A stretch of DNA of 32,911 bases, taken from the IMG/VR virus record IMGVR_UViG_3300027323_000059, positions 1 through 32,911 of that record; one strand, written 5' to 3'. Position 1 is the first letter of the stretch. Every line of letters starts with the position of its first letter. Shown here piece after piece: positions 24,295 through 32,127 of the stretch. Origin of the DNA: a virus. Taxonomy: Duplodnaviria; Caudoviricetes. A model generated the notes under the pieces. The model had not been told where the DNA came from. It worked only from the letters and a program-made list of their open reading frames with translations, and searched no databases. The position numbers and the translations under genes are program-made.

Positions 24295-25815
24295 TCATCT
24301 CACTATATCTATCCTGAATCCCCTCTCGGTTATTGCATACAGTCGCCTCTGGTACTCCTTGAACTCCCTTTCTGTCATTATGATGATGTGCTGCGGTTCA
24401 CGCTGCTGGCTGTGCATAAGTCTGCCGAAGCGCTGAGCCTCTTGCCTCCTGCTTCTCCCTAGGAAGGCAACCTCTATCACCCTCTCAAGGTCGGGAATGG
24501 ATATGCCTTCGTCGCCCACCCTTGAGACTACGACGGTACTGCTGCTTCTGATTACCTCCAGCCTGTTCTTTGTGCCACCGTGAACGAAGGGTATGCCAAA
24601 TTTGCTGCTGATCTTCCTACCTAGCTCAAGGTAGTCGCAGAAGATTATTGTTTTAAGCGGGATTCCAAGCAGCTCGTCAAGCTTTTTCAGCTTCTCTCTT
24701 TCGTCCTTAACAATGTAGACTTTGAATGTGGGCACGTTCACGTAGCCCTGGCGGATAAACTCGTTCCAGTTCATGCCCAGGGGATAGCCGGTCAGGGCAA
24801 AGATGTAGTTCTCTCTGCCGTCCTCCCTAAAGGGGCTACCGCTCAAGCCAACTCTATATTTGGTTCTGATGGTGGAGAGCCTGATGTAGGTGTTCGCGGG
24901 CAATCGATGGCACTCGTCGTATATTGTCAGGGTATACTCCCTGTCTCTCACTTTCTCATAGCCTGCGTAGGTTATTACATCAATTTCATGCTCGAACTCA
25001 GGTATGTGCTTTCTTATCCTCTTTATCCACTGCTCTTTGAGTAGAACCGTTGGAACCACCACGAGCTTTCTCCCTGTTATCCTTGCAAGGAGGTATATCC
25101 CGAAGTAGCTTTTGCCAGCGCCGTAGGGCCAGAATATGCCGATAGCGCCCCACTTAAGAAGCTGCTGCCAAGCTTTCTCCTGGTGGCTTCTCAGCTTTAT
25201 TTTGTTCCAGTCTCTCAGATCTTTCTCAGAAACAGGCTTTGGGACGAAGGGCAGAGAGCCCTCCTCTATTATTTTGGCGATAAGCAGGAACTCGTGCCCG
25301 GCTTTTATCCTTATCTTGTCTTTCCCTTCTCTCCTGGTGAGGTGCTTTCTGTACTTCTGCCAGGCTCTATCCTGCAACTCCGGTGGGGTGATGAGAAATC
25401 CATCTGAGACCGTGAAGGGCTCTGGCTCGGGGGCTTTTATTTTCTCCCTGATCTCCTTCGGCAGGTCGAGAATCCAGTTGAAGTACTTGTTGATCGCAAA
25501 CACCCTGAAGGAGGGCGTCTCGTGCTCCAGCCAACCAAGGTAAAGGTTCACAAATCTCGGTACGACTATCCACCACTGATCTGCCCTCTTGTGGAGCAGG
25601 ATGTACTTCTCCCTGTTTCTGAGGAAGTTCTTCAGCTCTTCTACATCTATGTCGGGTGGTGCCTTCAGCTCCTCGAGCTTCTTCTCTATCTCTATGCTTA
25701 TCCTTTCCCTCTCCCTCTGGAGTTCTTGTATGTATTCGTCTAGCCGCTCCAACTCTCTCTTTAGATTGCTTAATGAGTAATCTAGCAATTCAATCATGAC
25801 GCGGTCTCGGCTCAT
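24295..25815 (-). CDS. SF2 helicase, XPB/Rad25-like
   Basis: LR.HQ Q-motif, WPYGAGKS, VVPT..L..QW, DECH, GLSGSP.REDG, SRVGDEG..IPD, Q..GR..H; N-terminal coiled coil. ATG 25815 (ORF extends to 25830). Confidence 0.9.
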   Translation of the reverse strand: MSRDRVMIELLDYSLSNLKRELERLDEYIQELQRERERISIEIEKKLEELKAPPDIDVEELKNFLRNREKYILLHKRADQWWIVVPRFVNLYLGWLEHETPSFRVFAINKYFNWILDLPKEIREKIKAPEPEPFTVSDGFLITPPELQDRAWQKYRKHLTRREGKDKIRIKAGHEFLLIAKIIEEGSLPFVPKPVSEKDLRDWNKIKLRSHQEKAWQQLLKWGAIGIFWPYGAGKSYFGIYLLARITGRKLVVVPTVLLKEQWIKRIRKHIPEFEHEIDVITYAGYEKVRDREYTLTIYDECHRLPANTYIRLSTIRTKYRVGLSGSPFREDGRENYIFALTGYPLGMNWNEFIRQGYVNVPTFKVYIVKDEREKLKKLDELLGIPLKTIIFCDYLELGRKISSKFGIPFVHGGTKNRLEVIRSSSTVVVSRVGDEGISIPDLERVIEVAFLGRSRRQEAQRFGRLMHSQQREPQHIIIMTEREFKEYQRRLYAITERGFRIDIVR

Positions 25816-25953
25816 GGCACCAACTCCCACCTCACTGTTATTGTCGAGGCGCTATAGATGCACCTTCCAAGTGGCTTTGAGTCATCAACGCATCTCCACT
25901 TCACGCCTCTCCCCCCTCTCAACTTTGCCAAGAAAAGATTTTCCAACGCATTT

Positions 25954-26160
25954 TTATCTCCTCTTTCCAGCTATCTCAACTGGATAGTAGCGCGTGACGT
26001 TTCCTGGCACCCGCTCCCTGACTCTAACAACTTTGCCTTTCTTCACAAGGCGCGAGATGTACTTTGATACGTTCGTCGGATGCAGGTCAACTTCCTTGAG
26101 TATCTCCTTCCTCGTTATGCCCGGATTCTCCAGAATGATCTCATACAGGTCATATAGCAT
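25954..26160 (-). CDS. Winged-helix DNA-binding protein
   Basis: I.ENPGIT..EI...V.L....VS.YI.RL...G.V.R motif. Confidence 0.85.
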   Translation of the reverse strand: MLYDLYEIILENPGITRKEILKEVDLHPTNVSKYISRLVKKGKVVRVRERVPGNVTRYYPVEIAGKRR

Positions 26161-26161
26161 C

Positions 26162-26548
26162 CTAATCCTCCTCCCACTTCTTCAGCACCGTAACATATCC
26201 GCGATTGCGCTTCACGAAGCCCTGTACTTCTAGCGCCTCGAGGTAGCGCTCCAGGGTCTGTTTAGTCATGATGCCTGTGAAGTACTGGATCTTTCTGAGC
26301 TCTGACGGCGGTAACTTTGGCGTGCCGCTTTTCCGCATCCAGTCAAGCATTGCTTTGTACAGCTTGCACTGCTTTGGGTGCTCTGGCAGCTTCAGGCGCG
26401 GGCTTGGCTTGTCCTTCTTCAGCTTCGCCACTGCGAACCTGAGCACGCCTGCAACGCTGAGTCTGTGCATCTTCATGACCTCTTGCAGAGCTTCATACTC
26501 GTCTTTTCGCAACCTTGCAGTGACCACAATGCTGTCCTTCGAAGGCAT
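26162..26548 (-). CDS. RHH plus winged-helix DNA-binding protein
   Basis: N-terminal VVTARL..DEY..L.......LSVA.VLR.AV (RHH); C-terminal T..RYL..LE..GFV (wHTH). ATG 26548 with GGAGTGGTG RBS. Confidence 0.75.
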   Translation of the reverse strand: MPSKDSIVVTARLRKDEYEALQEVMKMHRLSVAGVLRFAVAKLKKDKPSPRLKLPEHPKQCKLYKAMLDWMRKSGTPKLPPSELRKIQYFTGIMTKQTLERYLEALEVQGFVKRNRGYVTVLKKWEED

Positions 26549-26576
26549 GATCGCACCACTCCAATGAACATTGTAA

Positions 26577-26833
26577 GGGTAATACCCCTCAGGGGTAATA
26601 CCCCGGGTATTACCCAAAGGCTTTTTTTGTAGCGGAGGGAATACATCAGCGTGTATACATTTCGTCCCAGAAACGCTTTTTTTCTTTTCTCCTTCTCCAA
26701 ACTAATCCATATCATTTTTCTTTCCTTCCTCCTGATTTTTTTCTTGAGTTTATTTATAAATCAACGCGAAAAATTTGCTTTTGTAATACCTCGGGTATTA
26801 CCCCTTTTTGTTGCAAAAAATTGGGTATTACCC
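26577..26833. repeat. Six GGGTAWTACCC palindromic repeats flanking an AT-rich spacer (putative replication origin)
   Basis: Copies at 26577, 26593, 26605, 26781 (degenerate), 26793 and 26823; T-rich spacer 26616-26780. Confidence 0.8.
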
Positions 26834-27045
26834 TTTGCGGCATCACCTCCTATGATGCTGTACTTACCTCTCCTCAGTGCTTCCTTCAGTTTCGCCACGC
26901 TGCTCTCATCTAAGCCATGGCGTTGCATCAGCGCATGCTTATGGCATCTCAGCTCTCCTACCTTTGCGGTTTCTCCTTTCTTCCCTAGGGCATGCGCAGC
27001 ATCGAGGATGGTGAAAAGGTCCGCGATAGTTAGCCTGATCTTCAG
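26761..27045 (-). CDS. Hypothetical protein with CTG start (94 aa, not in the ORF track)
   Basis: GGAGGTGA then CTG AAG ATC AGG: MKIRLTIADLFTILDAAHALGKKGE...; fills the gap in the operon. Confidence 0.55.
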   Translation of the reverse strand: MKIRLTIADLFTILDAAHALGKKGETAKVGELRCHKHALMQRHGLDESSVAKLKEALRRGKYSIIGGDAAKGNTQFFATKRGNTRGITKANFSR

Positions 27046-27060
27046 GTTTTCACCTCCTTC

Positions 27061-27222
27061 TCATGCCTTCTGCATTTCCTTCCTGCAGTAATCGCATGAG
27101 CCTACAGGGCGGAAGCACACGTTGCAGATGGGGCGCTCCTTTTTGACCAGGTCGCGCCTGGTGAGCCTCTGCAGTTTGCGTATCCTTTCCTCCTGCTTGC
27201 TGAGCCGTCTGCGTTTAACCAC
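27061..27222 (-). CDS. Small basic zinc-finger protein (53 aa)
   Basis: GGAGG(G)TGG RBS, GTG start; CNVC...CDYC. Confidence 0.6.
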   Translation of the reverse strand: MVKRRRLSKQEERIRKLQRLTRRDLVKKERPICNVCFRPVGSCDYCRKEMQKA

Positions 27223-27394
27223 TGTTTTCCACCCTCCTGAATATGAGAGGTTTTTCGAAGATCCCCTTGTGGAGGTTGCAGTAGTACCCACCCTTCCTGG
27301 TTCTTTTGTAGATGTCGTGGCTGCCGCATTCCGGGCAGAAGAAGAGCTCTCTGGCACACAGGATATTCTCCCTGAAAACTCTCCAGCCGGGCAT
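27215..27394 (-). CDS. Small zinc-ribbon protein (59 aa, not in the ORF track)
   Basis: MPGWRVFRENILCARELFFCPECGSHDIYKRTRKGGYYCNLHKGIFEKPLIFRRVENSG*; GGAGGGTGA RBS. Confidence 0.7.
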   Translation of the reverse strand: MPGWRVFRENILCARELFFCPECGSHDIYKRTRKGGYYCNLHKGIFEKPLIFRRVENSG

Positions 27395-27397
27395 CTA

Positions 27398-28378
27398 TCA
27401 CCCTCCAAGAGCCGCAATGCCTTTCTCTGTGAGGGTCCAGAATGCGCGGCGGAACTTTTTCTTCCCCTCATCCCAGGTGGTAACCGAAGCTCTGAGTAGT
27501 CCTTTGTCCTCGAGCTGCCTGTAGAGCTTTCTCGTTTCCCTGCTGATCTCGTCGTCCCATACCTGCCCTTTATCGTAAATCTCCTGTAGGGTTGTCTCCT
27601 CCTCGCTGGAAAGCTCTACCTTCTCCTCTTCGACCTTTGGAGGAGCAGCCCATGGTGACTCTGAGGCAACTTTCTCCGGCTGCTGCGTTGTTGAGGAGTA
27701 GTAGCGAGGGCGGCTCTGCTTCTCTACATCCAGTATGCCCTCGTCTGCGAGGTCTTTCAGTACGACTCTAAGCTTGGGGATGGAAATGCTGATGCCTCTC
27801 TTTTCAAGCCGTTTTGCGATCTGCCTTGCTTTGAGACGATTGCGTCCGCTCTCTTTGAAGACAGCTATTATTGCTTCACGCAGGTTTTCTTCCCTGAGCT
27901 CCGTTGGTATGAAGTAGATATAGCGCGAGGGCCTTCCCTTCTCCTCCTCTATTTCCCGCAATATGAGCCCTTTCTCATACATGCTTCGCAGTATTTTTGA
28001 CAATCCACGTGAGCTGATGCCACCAAGCTTCTCTGCAATTTCTTTTGCACCGAGCTTTTCTCCACCCTCGAGAATTGTGAGAATCTTTTTCTCCCTTTCG
28101 TCGTGAGGGATACAGAAGAAAGCGCTTGGCTTTTTTTCGTCTTCACCAGAGTGTCTCTCTTTCGGTGTGGTAGGAACCTCAGCCCCAGGATCCTGGACCT
28201 CAGCTTTCGAGTTCTCTGGAACCTTGAATCCGAAACCACAACGTTGGAGAAACCCTACTGCCTCAAGAAAGAAAGGAATCTCTGTGGACTCTACAGGCTT
28301 CTTTAGAGCTGCGGATATCCCATCTAGCTTGACCTCAGTGACTGCACCTTCCTCGATTTTCAACCACAGCTCTGGCAT
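27398..28378 (-). CDS. Tandem winged-helix DNA-binding protein (2-3 wHTH domains)
   Basis: IL..L...EIAEKL...L..M..KGLI.R; II..F...L.ARQIA..L...L..L...G.L; third L..KGLL...FW.LTEKG. Confidence 0.8.
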   Translation of the reverse strand: MPELWLKIEEGAVTEVKLDGISAALKKPVESTEIPFFLEAVGFLQRCGFGFKVPENSKAEVQDPGAEVPTTPKERHSGEDEKKPSAFFCIPHDEREKKILTILEGGEKLGAKEIAEKLGGISSRGLSKILRSMYEKGLILREIEEEKGRPSRYIYFIPTELREENLREAIIAVFKESGRNRLKARQIAKRLEKRGISISIPKLRVVLKDLADEGILDVEKQSRPRYYSSTTQQPEKVASESPWAAPPKVEEEKVELSSEEETTLQEIYDKGQVWDDEISRETRKLYRQLEDKGLLRASVTTWDEGKKKFRRAFWTLTEKGIAALGG

Positions 28379-28384
28379 TGTGGT

Positions 28385-28966
28385 TCACCTCCGCCCACGA
28401 GGTGCTGGCACTTCCGCCTGTACCACCGTTGTTACCCTCTCGAGGATGCGGAGCGACTCGCCGAGACAATATGGGCAAGAGTATGCTGGAGGGTTTCCCG
28501 GGAAGCATGCAGGAGGCACCGGGATGTAGAAGACCCCACCGCAGTTTTCGCAGAATACTCTGCTCAGTGTTACGGTGTTCCTACTCTCCCCGCGGTCCAC
28601 ATCGACGATTTCTAGGAAAACGTGGTGGTCATCGCCTTCCGGCCACTCCCAGCCAAACTTGACGGTCACGCTCCTCACATCGGGCTGATGTGGTGCGTAT
28701 ATGCTAGCATCCATCAAGTCAGCAATCTCTTTGACTACCCGCGGCAGGTCCTCCAGGTGCAGCCCACCGAGGAGCATGCCTTTGCGGGGTTGTGGCTCGG
28801 AGAGGCGTTCAAGGACCTTGGCTTTTATCTCTTCTGGCAGGTTGTCTAGGTGTTTTTTCAACATCTCGTCATACTTAGTGAGGAAGGGCATGCTGCGCTT
28901 GTGAGCTTCCTGGAGAGGCCCGGGGAGACTATGAGCCGCATATTCCGGGTAGTCGCACATTGCCAC
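28385..28966 (-). CDS. Hypothetical protein with C-terminal zinc ribbon
   Basis: CENCG...CPYC. Confidence 0.7.
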   Translation of the reverse strand: MAMCDYPEYAAHSLPGPLQEAHKRSMPFLTKYDEMLKKHLDNLPEEIKAKVLERLSEPQPRKGMLLGGLHLEDLPRVVKEIADLMDASIYAPHQPDVRSVTVKFGWEWPEGDDHHVFLEIVDVDRGESRNTVTLSRVFCENCGGVFYIPVPPACFPGNPPAYSCPYCLGESLRILERVTTVVQAEVPAPRGRR

Positions 28967-28970
28967 CGCC

Positions 28971-29414
28971 TCAGAGGCTTGCGACTTGCTCCAGCTTCTT
29001 CTTGTACTCGCTGACGTTTGAGACAGACCACTCTCTACTCAGCCCTTCGCCTCGCACCTCTACAATCAAAGCGAGGAGCTTTGCACCGTCCACTTCTGTG
29101 ATATCCCCCGCTTTCACAGCTTCTTTCGCAGCTCTGAGCACCTTCTGGTATACTGACTTCTCATGTCTGCTCACCCTCATGCTCCATGTCGCTCTTCCGG
29201 CAACTTGCCCATCCTCCACGAGTAGGATTGGAAAATCTGCCATGCGCCTCTTTTCCACCGTGCCGTCCTTCTTGTTGAACTCCTGATCTCTGAACTTCGG
29301 CTCTCCGAGCAAGATCTTGTACATTCCATCGCCTGGCTTCCAGAACTCCCCGCCGCTCGCGGGGAGCTTTTCCGCTTCCTCTTCAGCCTTCTGTATCCAA
29401 CCATCCAGACTCAT
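28971..29414 (-). CDS. Putative single-stranded DNA-binding (OB-fold) protein
   Basis: N-terminal EFWKP..G...I.L and C-terminal R.GEG....W.V pattern recalls viral SSBs; lies in the early module. Confidence 0.5.
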   Translation of the reverse strand: MSLDGWIQKAEEEAEKLPASGGEFWKPGDGMYKILLGEPKFRDQEFNKKDGTVEKRRMADFPILLVEDGQVAGRATWSMRVSRHEKSVYQKVLRAAKEAVKAGDITEVDGAKLLALIVEVRGEGLSREWSVSNVSEYKKKLEQVASL

Positions 29415-29527
29415 TTCTTTCCCTCCATGGCTTTCTTTTCAAGTGGATAATATTTTTTCATGAAATATTCGCAAATTTCGTCTTCTGTGACTGGTATTCC
29501 AGCAAACGGGTCTTTCTCCAGCTTCAT
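29411..29527 (-). CDS. Small hypothetical protein (38 aa)
   Basis: MKLEKDPFAGIPVTEDEICEYFMKKYYPLEKKAMEGKK*; ATGA-coupled to the next gene. Confidence 0.5.
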   Translation of the reverse strand: MKLEKDPFAGIPVTEDEICEYFMKKYYPLEKKAMEGKK

Positions 29528-29531
29528 CTGG

Positions 29532-29972
29532 CTACAGCCCCCTCGTCGCTTCAAGAAATCGCGTATAGATTTCTAAAGCACGGAATTGATAGCGCAGGTA
29601 CTCGAGCTCTATCCTGTCCTTCTCTTGTTGCTCTTTATACTCCTGCAGCGCTTCGCTGAGCTGCTTGTACCTCTGATCCTCAGCCTTCCTGCGCTCGAGT
29701 TCTGCCTGCCGCAGCTTCTCGTTGCTGAAGAGCTTTCTGCCATTCTCGTCAACCGCTGTGGCAATGTCCTGGATTTGCTCCGCTTCCCATTGTTTGAGTT
29801 CGAACTCTGTCTCGTTGATCCTGCTTTGCATGAGCAGGATATCGAGCATTTTCTCCCGAATCTGCTTGGGCAGGCTGAGCAATTGCGGAACTATCTCCGC
29901 CTCAAGCGCTGCAGTTGAAGGGGCGTCGTCGAAGCTACGGGATGATGGGTCGTATTGGGTCTTTTCCTCCAT
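29532..29972 (-). CDS. Coiled-coil protein (possible recombination mediator)
   Basis: Long helical hairpin with central 'GRKLFSNEKLRQAEL'; near the SSB-like gene. Confidence 0.6.
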   Translation of the reverse strand: MEEKTQYDPSSRSFDDAPSTAALEAEIVPQLLSLPKQIREKMLDILLMQSRINETEFELKQWEAEQIQDIATAVDENGRKLFSNEKLRQAELERRKAEDQRYKQLSEALQEYKEQQEKDRIELEYLRYQFRALEIYTRFLEATRGL

Positions 29973-29975
29973 CCC

Positions 29976-30254
29976 TCATTCCTCCAGGGAGAGAATCGCA
30001 AAGACGCAGTAATTGATCGCATCGCGCAGGTCGTCGATGATTTTCTCCTTGTTCCTGGTCTGAAGCGTCCTCGCCCGCTTGATTTTCAACCTAGCCCAGT
30101 CAGTGTGATATTCGAAGTCTTTTTCAGGGATGCCATGCGTGGGCATCCTGTCTGCTACGATTTGGGCGGCTGCTCTGAGCTCCTGATTGAACTTCTCCAG
30201 AAAAGCCAGCTGCAGATCATACTTTGCTTCTTCCTCCAACCTTCTCACCTCCAC
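29976..30254 (-). CDS. DUF1599-like (nucleotide-modification-associated, all-alpha NTP-pyrophosphatase-like) protein
   Basis: K..R.......E.I.D.L.D.INY...A.L motif. Confidence 0.6.
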   Translation of the reverse strand: MEVRRLEEEAKYDLQLAFLEKFNQELRAAAQIVADRMPTHGIPEKDFEYHTDWARLKIKRARTLQTRNKEKIIDDLRDAINYCVFAILSLEE

Positions 30255-30940
30255 TCGAGGAGTTCAGAAATTGGCCTGAGCTCCCTCACGTAGACCTCGT
30301 GGAACGCTGTTGGAGCTACAAAGCTGTTGTAGCGGTAGCCCTTCCTCCTGTACCGTGCTTTCTCATTGAATTCTGCAACAGTAAGCCAGCCGAGAACAAA
30401 GGCGAGCCTCGAGGGCTTGGTGTAGCTGACAAAAACCAGGATTTCTTCGCCGCTCTTTCTGATGAGCTGCTTGTGTGCAACCACGCAGCTGTAGTGAGGC
30501 TTTGGGACAACTGTCCTGGCTACTGTTTTCACGTCTATCTTAGCTAGGTTGTCTTCGTCGTCGGAGCGCTGCAGATAGAAGTCTGCACCGCCGTCGCCAC
30601 CATCAATCATATCAGTAGGCCTATCGATTAGCCTGATGTTGATGTTCCTGGCGAAGAGGAAGCCGCAGACGAGCTCGCCTATGATACCTACCTTTTCATT
30701 CTCAACGGGATCGGTCTGAAATATCGGCACGTTGTCGGTGCTGGAACGCTTGAACTCCCGCCTCTCCAGGGCGTACTTATGCGCATCCTCAAGAAGCCAG
30801 TCAGGGACCTGGGTATAATACCAAGTGGTGTCTTTCCACGTTTTAAATTTGAGAGAGGGGGTGGGGGCGCTGGGTATAGAGGAGGCGATGTGGGAGATGG
30901 AGCCCGCCCCAACACCCGCATCAGCAGCATTGAGGTTCAA
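30245..30940 (-). CDS. PD-(D/E)xK restriction-endonuclease-like nuclease
   Basis: G..GE (motif I), DGG.D (motif II), IDVKT (motif III) and V.GW. Confidence 0.75.
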   Translation of the reverse strand: MNLNAADAGVGAGSISHIASSIPSAPTPSLKFKTWKDTTWYYTQVPDWLLEDAHKYALERREFKRSSTDNVPIFQTDPVENEKVGIIGELVCGFLFARNINIRLIDRPTDMIDGGDGGADFYLQRSDDEDNLAKIDVKTVARTVVPKPHYSCVVAHKQLIRKSGEEILVFVSYTKPSRLAFVLGWLTVAEFNEKARYRRKGYRYNSFVAPTAFHEVYVRELRPISELLEWR

Positions 30941-31035
30941 TGCTCACTCACCTCCTGGCAGAAAAAAGAGTGGGCGCCAGAGGGCGAGAAGCCTCGTACA
31001 GCGAAGTCGGCGTGGGGGGTACCTCCAGCGCCCAC
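30865..31035 (-). other. Predicted RNA hairpins with U-tract (attenuator/terminator-like)
   Basis: 14-bp stem 30970-30983/31022-31035 followed by UCUUUUUUC; second 10-bp stem 30865-30874/30908-30917. Confidence 0.5.
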
Positions 31036-31257
31036 GGAGGTAGTGGGGAGGGGTTTGGGGGGATGGGCAGCCCGAGCCTGCAAAGCTCCAGAAAAAGAGA
31101 CTTTAGGGCTGCCATGGTGAGTGATGCCCGCGATTTCTTCGAGACGCTTGAGTCCTGCCTCGAGGAGCAAGTCACCCTTCACCGCGCGCCTGACCTCGTC
31201 ACCATGCTTCTCCAAAAACACGCGCACAACCCTGCGGAAGAGCTCGTCCTCGTTCAA
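30937..31257 (-). CDS. Hypothetical protein
   Basis: GGAGGTGAG RBS and TTG start; helical N-terminal half; the C-terminal half overlaps the structured region. Confidence 0.55.
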   Translation of the reverse strand: MNEDELFRRVVRVFLEKHGDEVRRAVKGDLLLEAGLKRLEEIAGITHHGSPKVSFSGALQARAAHPPKPLPTTSVGAGGTPHADFAVRGFSPSGAHSFFCQEVSEH

Positions 31258-31388
31258 TTGTCACTCACCTCCGCGGTGATCTCCAGCACCTCGCCGCTCG
31301 GCAGAATCTCGGTGATCTTGTGCCCCTTGGTGAGCTTCTGGACCTGCTCCCTGCTCAGTCTGAGCCTGAGAACCTGCTCCAGCGCCAT
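31254..31388 (-). CDS. Small hypothetical protein (44 aa)
   Basis: MALEQVLRLRLSREQV...; ATG overlaps the upstream TGA. Confidence 0.55.
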   Translation of the reverse strand: MALEQVLRLRLSREQVQKLTKGHKITEILPSGEVLEITAEVSDN

Positions 31389-31648
31389 CACCTGTCCCTC
31401 CGGTATGGATTCAGCCAGGGGTCGAACTCGTGCAAACCATAGTGTCTTCGAATGCCGCGCATCTTCAGCTTCAGCCACTTCGCCTCTGGATGCTGCTTGC
31501 CGAGCTTCTTGAAAAGCTCGCGTAGACCGCGCCTCCCGAGCTCGAAAATCTCGTCCTTGGTGAGGTAGCAGAGGTGCTCCCAACGCTTCAGTGTGAGTCC
31601 CGGAACTATTTCTTCCCCTGTATCGATGATGGCAAGAATCTCAGGCAT
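31388..31648 (-). CDS. Hypothetical protein (86 aa)
   Basis: GGAGGTGG RBS; second gene of the leftward early operon. Confidence 0.7.
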   Translation of the reverse strand: MPEILAIIDTGEEIVPGLTLKRWEHLCYLTKDEIFELGRRGLRELFKKLGKQHPEAKWLKLKMRGIRRHYGLHEFDPWLNPYRRDR

Positions 31649-31651
31649 GGC

Positions 31652-31873
31652 TCAGTCCACCTCCACTTTCTGCACCCTGTTGCCGGTGGCGTCGCTGATG
31701 TGGCGCGGTGGTTGAGCGGACTGTACGAGCATGCCATGCTTCTCAAGAAGGAGATGCCCAGCCTTCTCGAAGAAGTCCGGCCGGGACTTATAGTCCCCTT
31801 TTTCTACGAGCGCGTCAACGGCTTTTGCAAAGCCCTTCGAGAGAGTCAGTTTCACAATCTCACGCTCTGCCAT
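31652..31873 (-). CDS. Ribbon-helix-helix (CopG/Arc/MetJ) regulator, Cro-like position
   Basis: IVKLTL......VD.LV.KG.Y.SR.DF...A..LL; GGAGG RBS. Confidence 0.85.
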   Translation of the reverse strand: MAEREIVKLTLSKGFAKAVDALVEKGDYKSRPDFFEKAGHLLLEKHGMLVQSAQPPRHISDATGNRVQKVEVD

Positions 31874-31888
31874 ACTTTCTCCTCCAGT

Positions 31889-31973
31889 AGTTCTAATAAA
31901 GTTCCTGATAAGTTCCTAATACGGGAATGGTATAAATACTTTACGGTTTGAAGTTCTAACTAAGTTCCAAAAA
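31889..31973. promoter_or_regulatory. Leftward early promoter flanked by AGTTC(C)TAAT-type operator repeats
   Basis: Minus-strand AAAGTA-TTTATA (31931-31942); repeats at 31889, 31900, 31911, 31952 and 31963 spaced 11 bp within clusters. Confidence 0.7.
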
Positions 31974-32086
31974 AGTGTAGTATATGGGGAATAATTCGAA
32001 CCAGATTTCGCGGCTTTGAAATTCTAACTTTTGAGATTCCGGGACTGTGCAAAAATATTTAGAAAATCGGGAACCGTGACGTTAAC

Positions 32087-32114
32087 TTTATAAGTAACCT
32101 TTTAGTTACTAATA
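32087..32114 (+). promoter_or_regulatory. Rightward promoter with AGTAAC-N6-GTTACT operator
   Basis: TTTATAA at 32087-32093 overlaps the inverted repeat 32093-32110; about 35 nt before ATG 32128. Confidence 0.65.
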
Positions 32115-32127
32115 AGGGCGTGAAAAA

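Noticed and set aside
26577-26833. Possible mini-CRISPR array
   Set aside because: The repeats are only 11 bp with gaps of 1, 5, 19 and 165 bp, not regular 30-45 bp spacers.
26473-27091. ORFs crossing the palindrome region (26473-26715, 26651-27091, and the extension of the 26162 ORF to 26617)
   Set aside because: Their sequence just translates the repeats and T-tracts; a good RBS and ATG exist at 26548.
27061-27471. Listed ORFs 27061-27471 and 27102-27401
   Set aside because: Better explained by the shorter RBS-led genes 27215-27394 and 27061-27222; the long versions overlap other genes and read as non-protein-like.
31254-31583. Listed 109-aa ORF
   Set aside because: Its 5' part overlaps gene 31388-31648; only the 44-aa portion from ATG 31388 is plausible.
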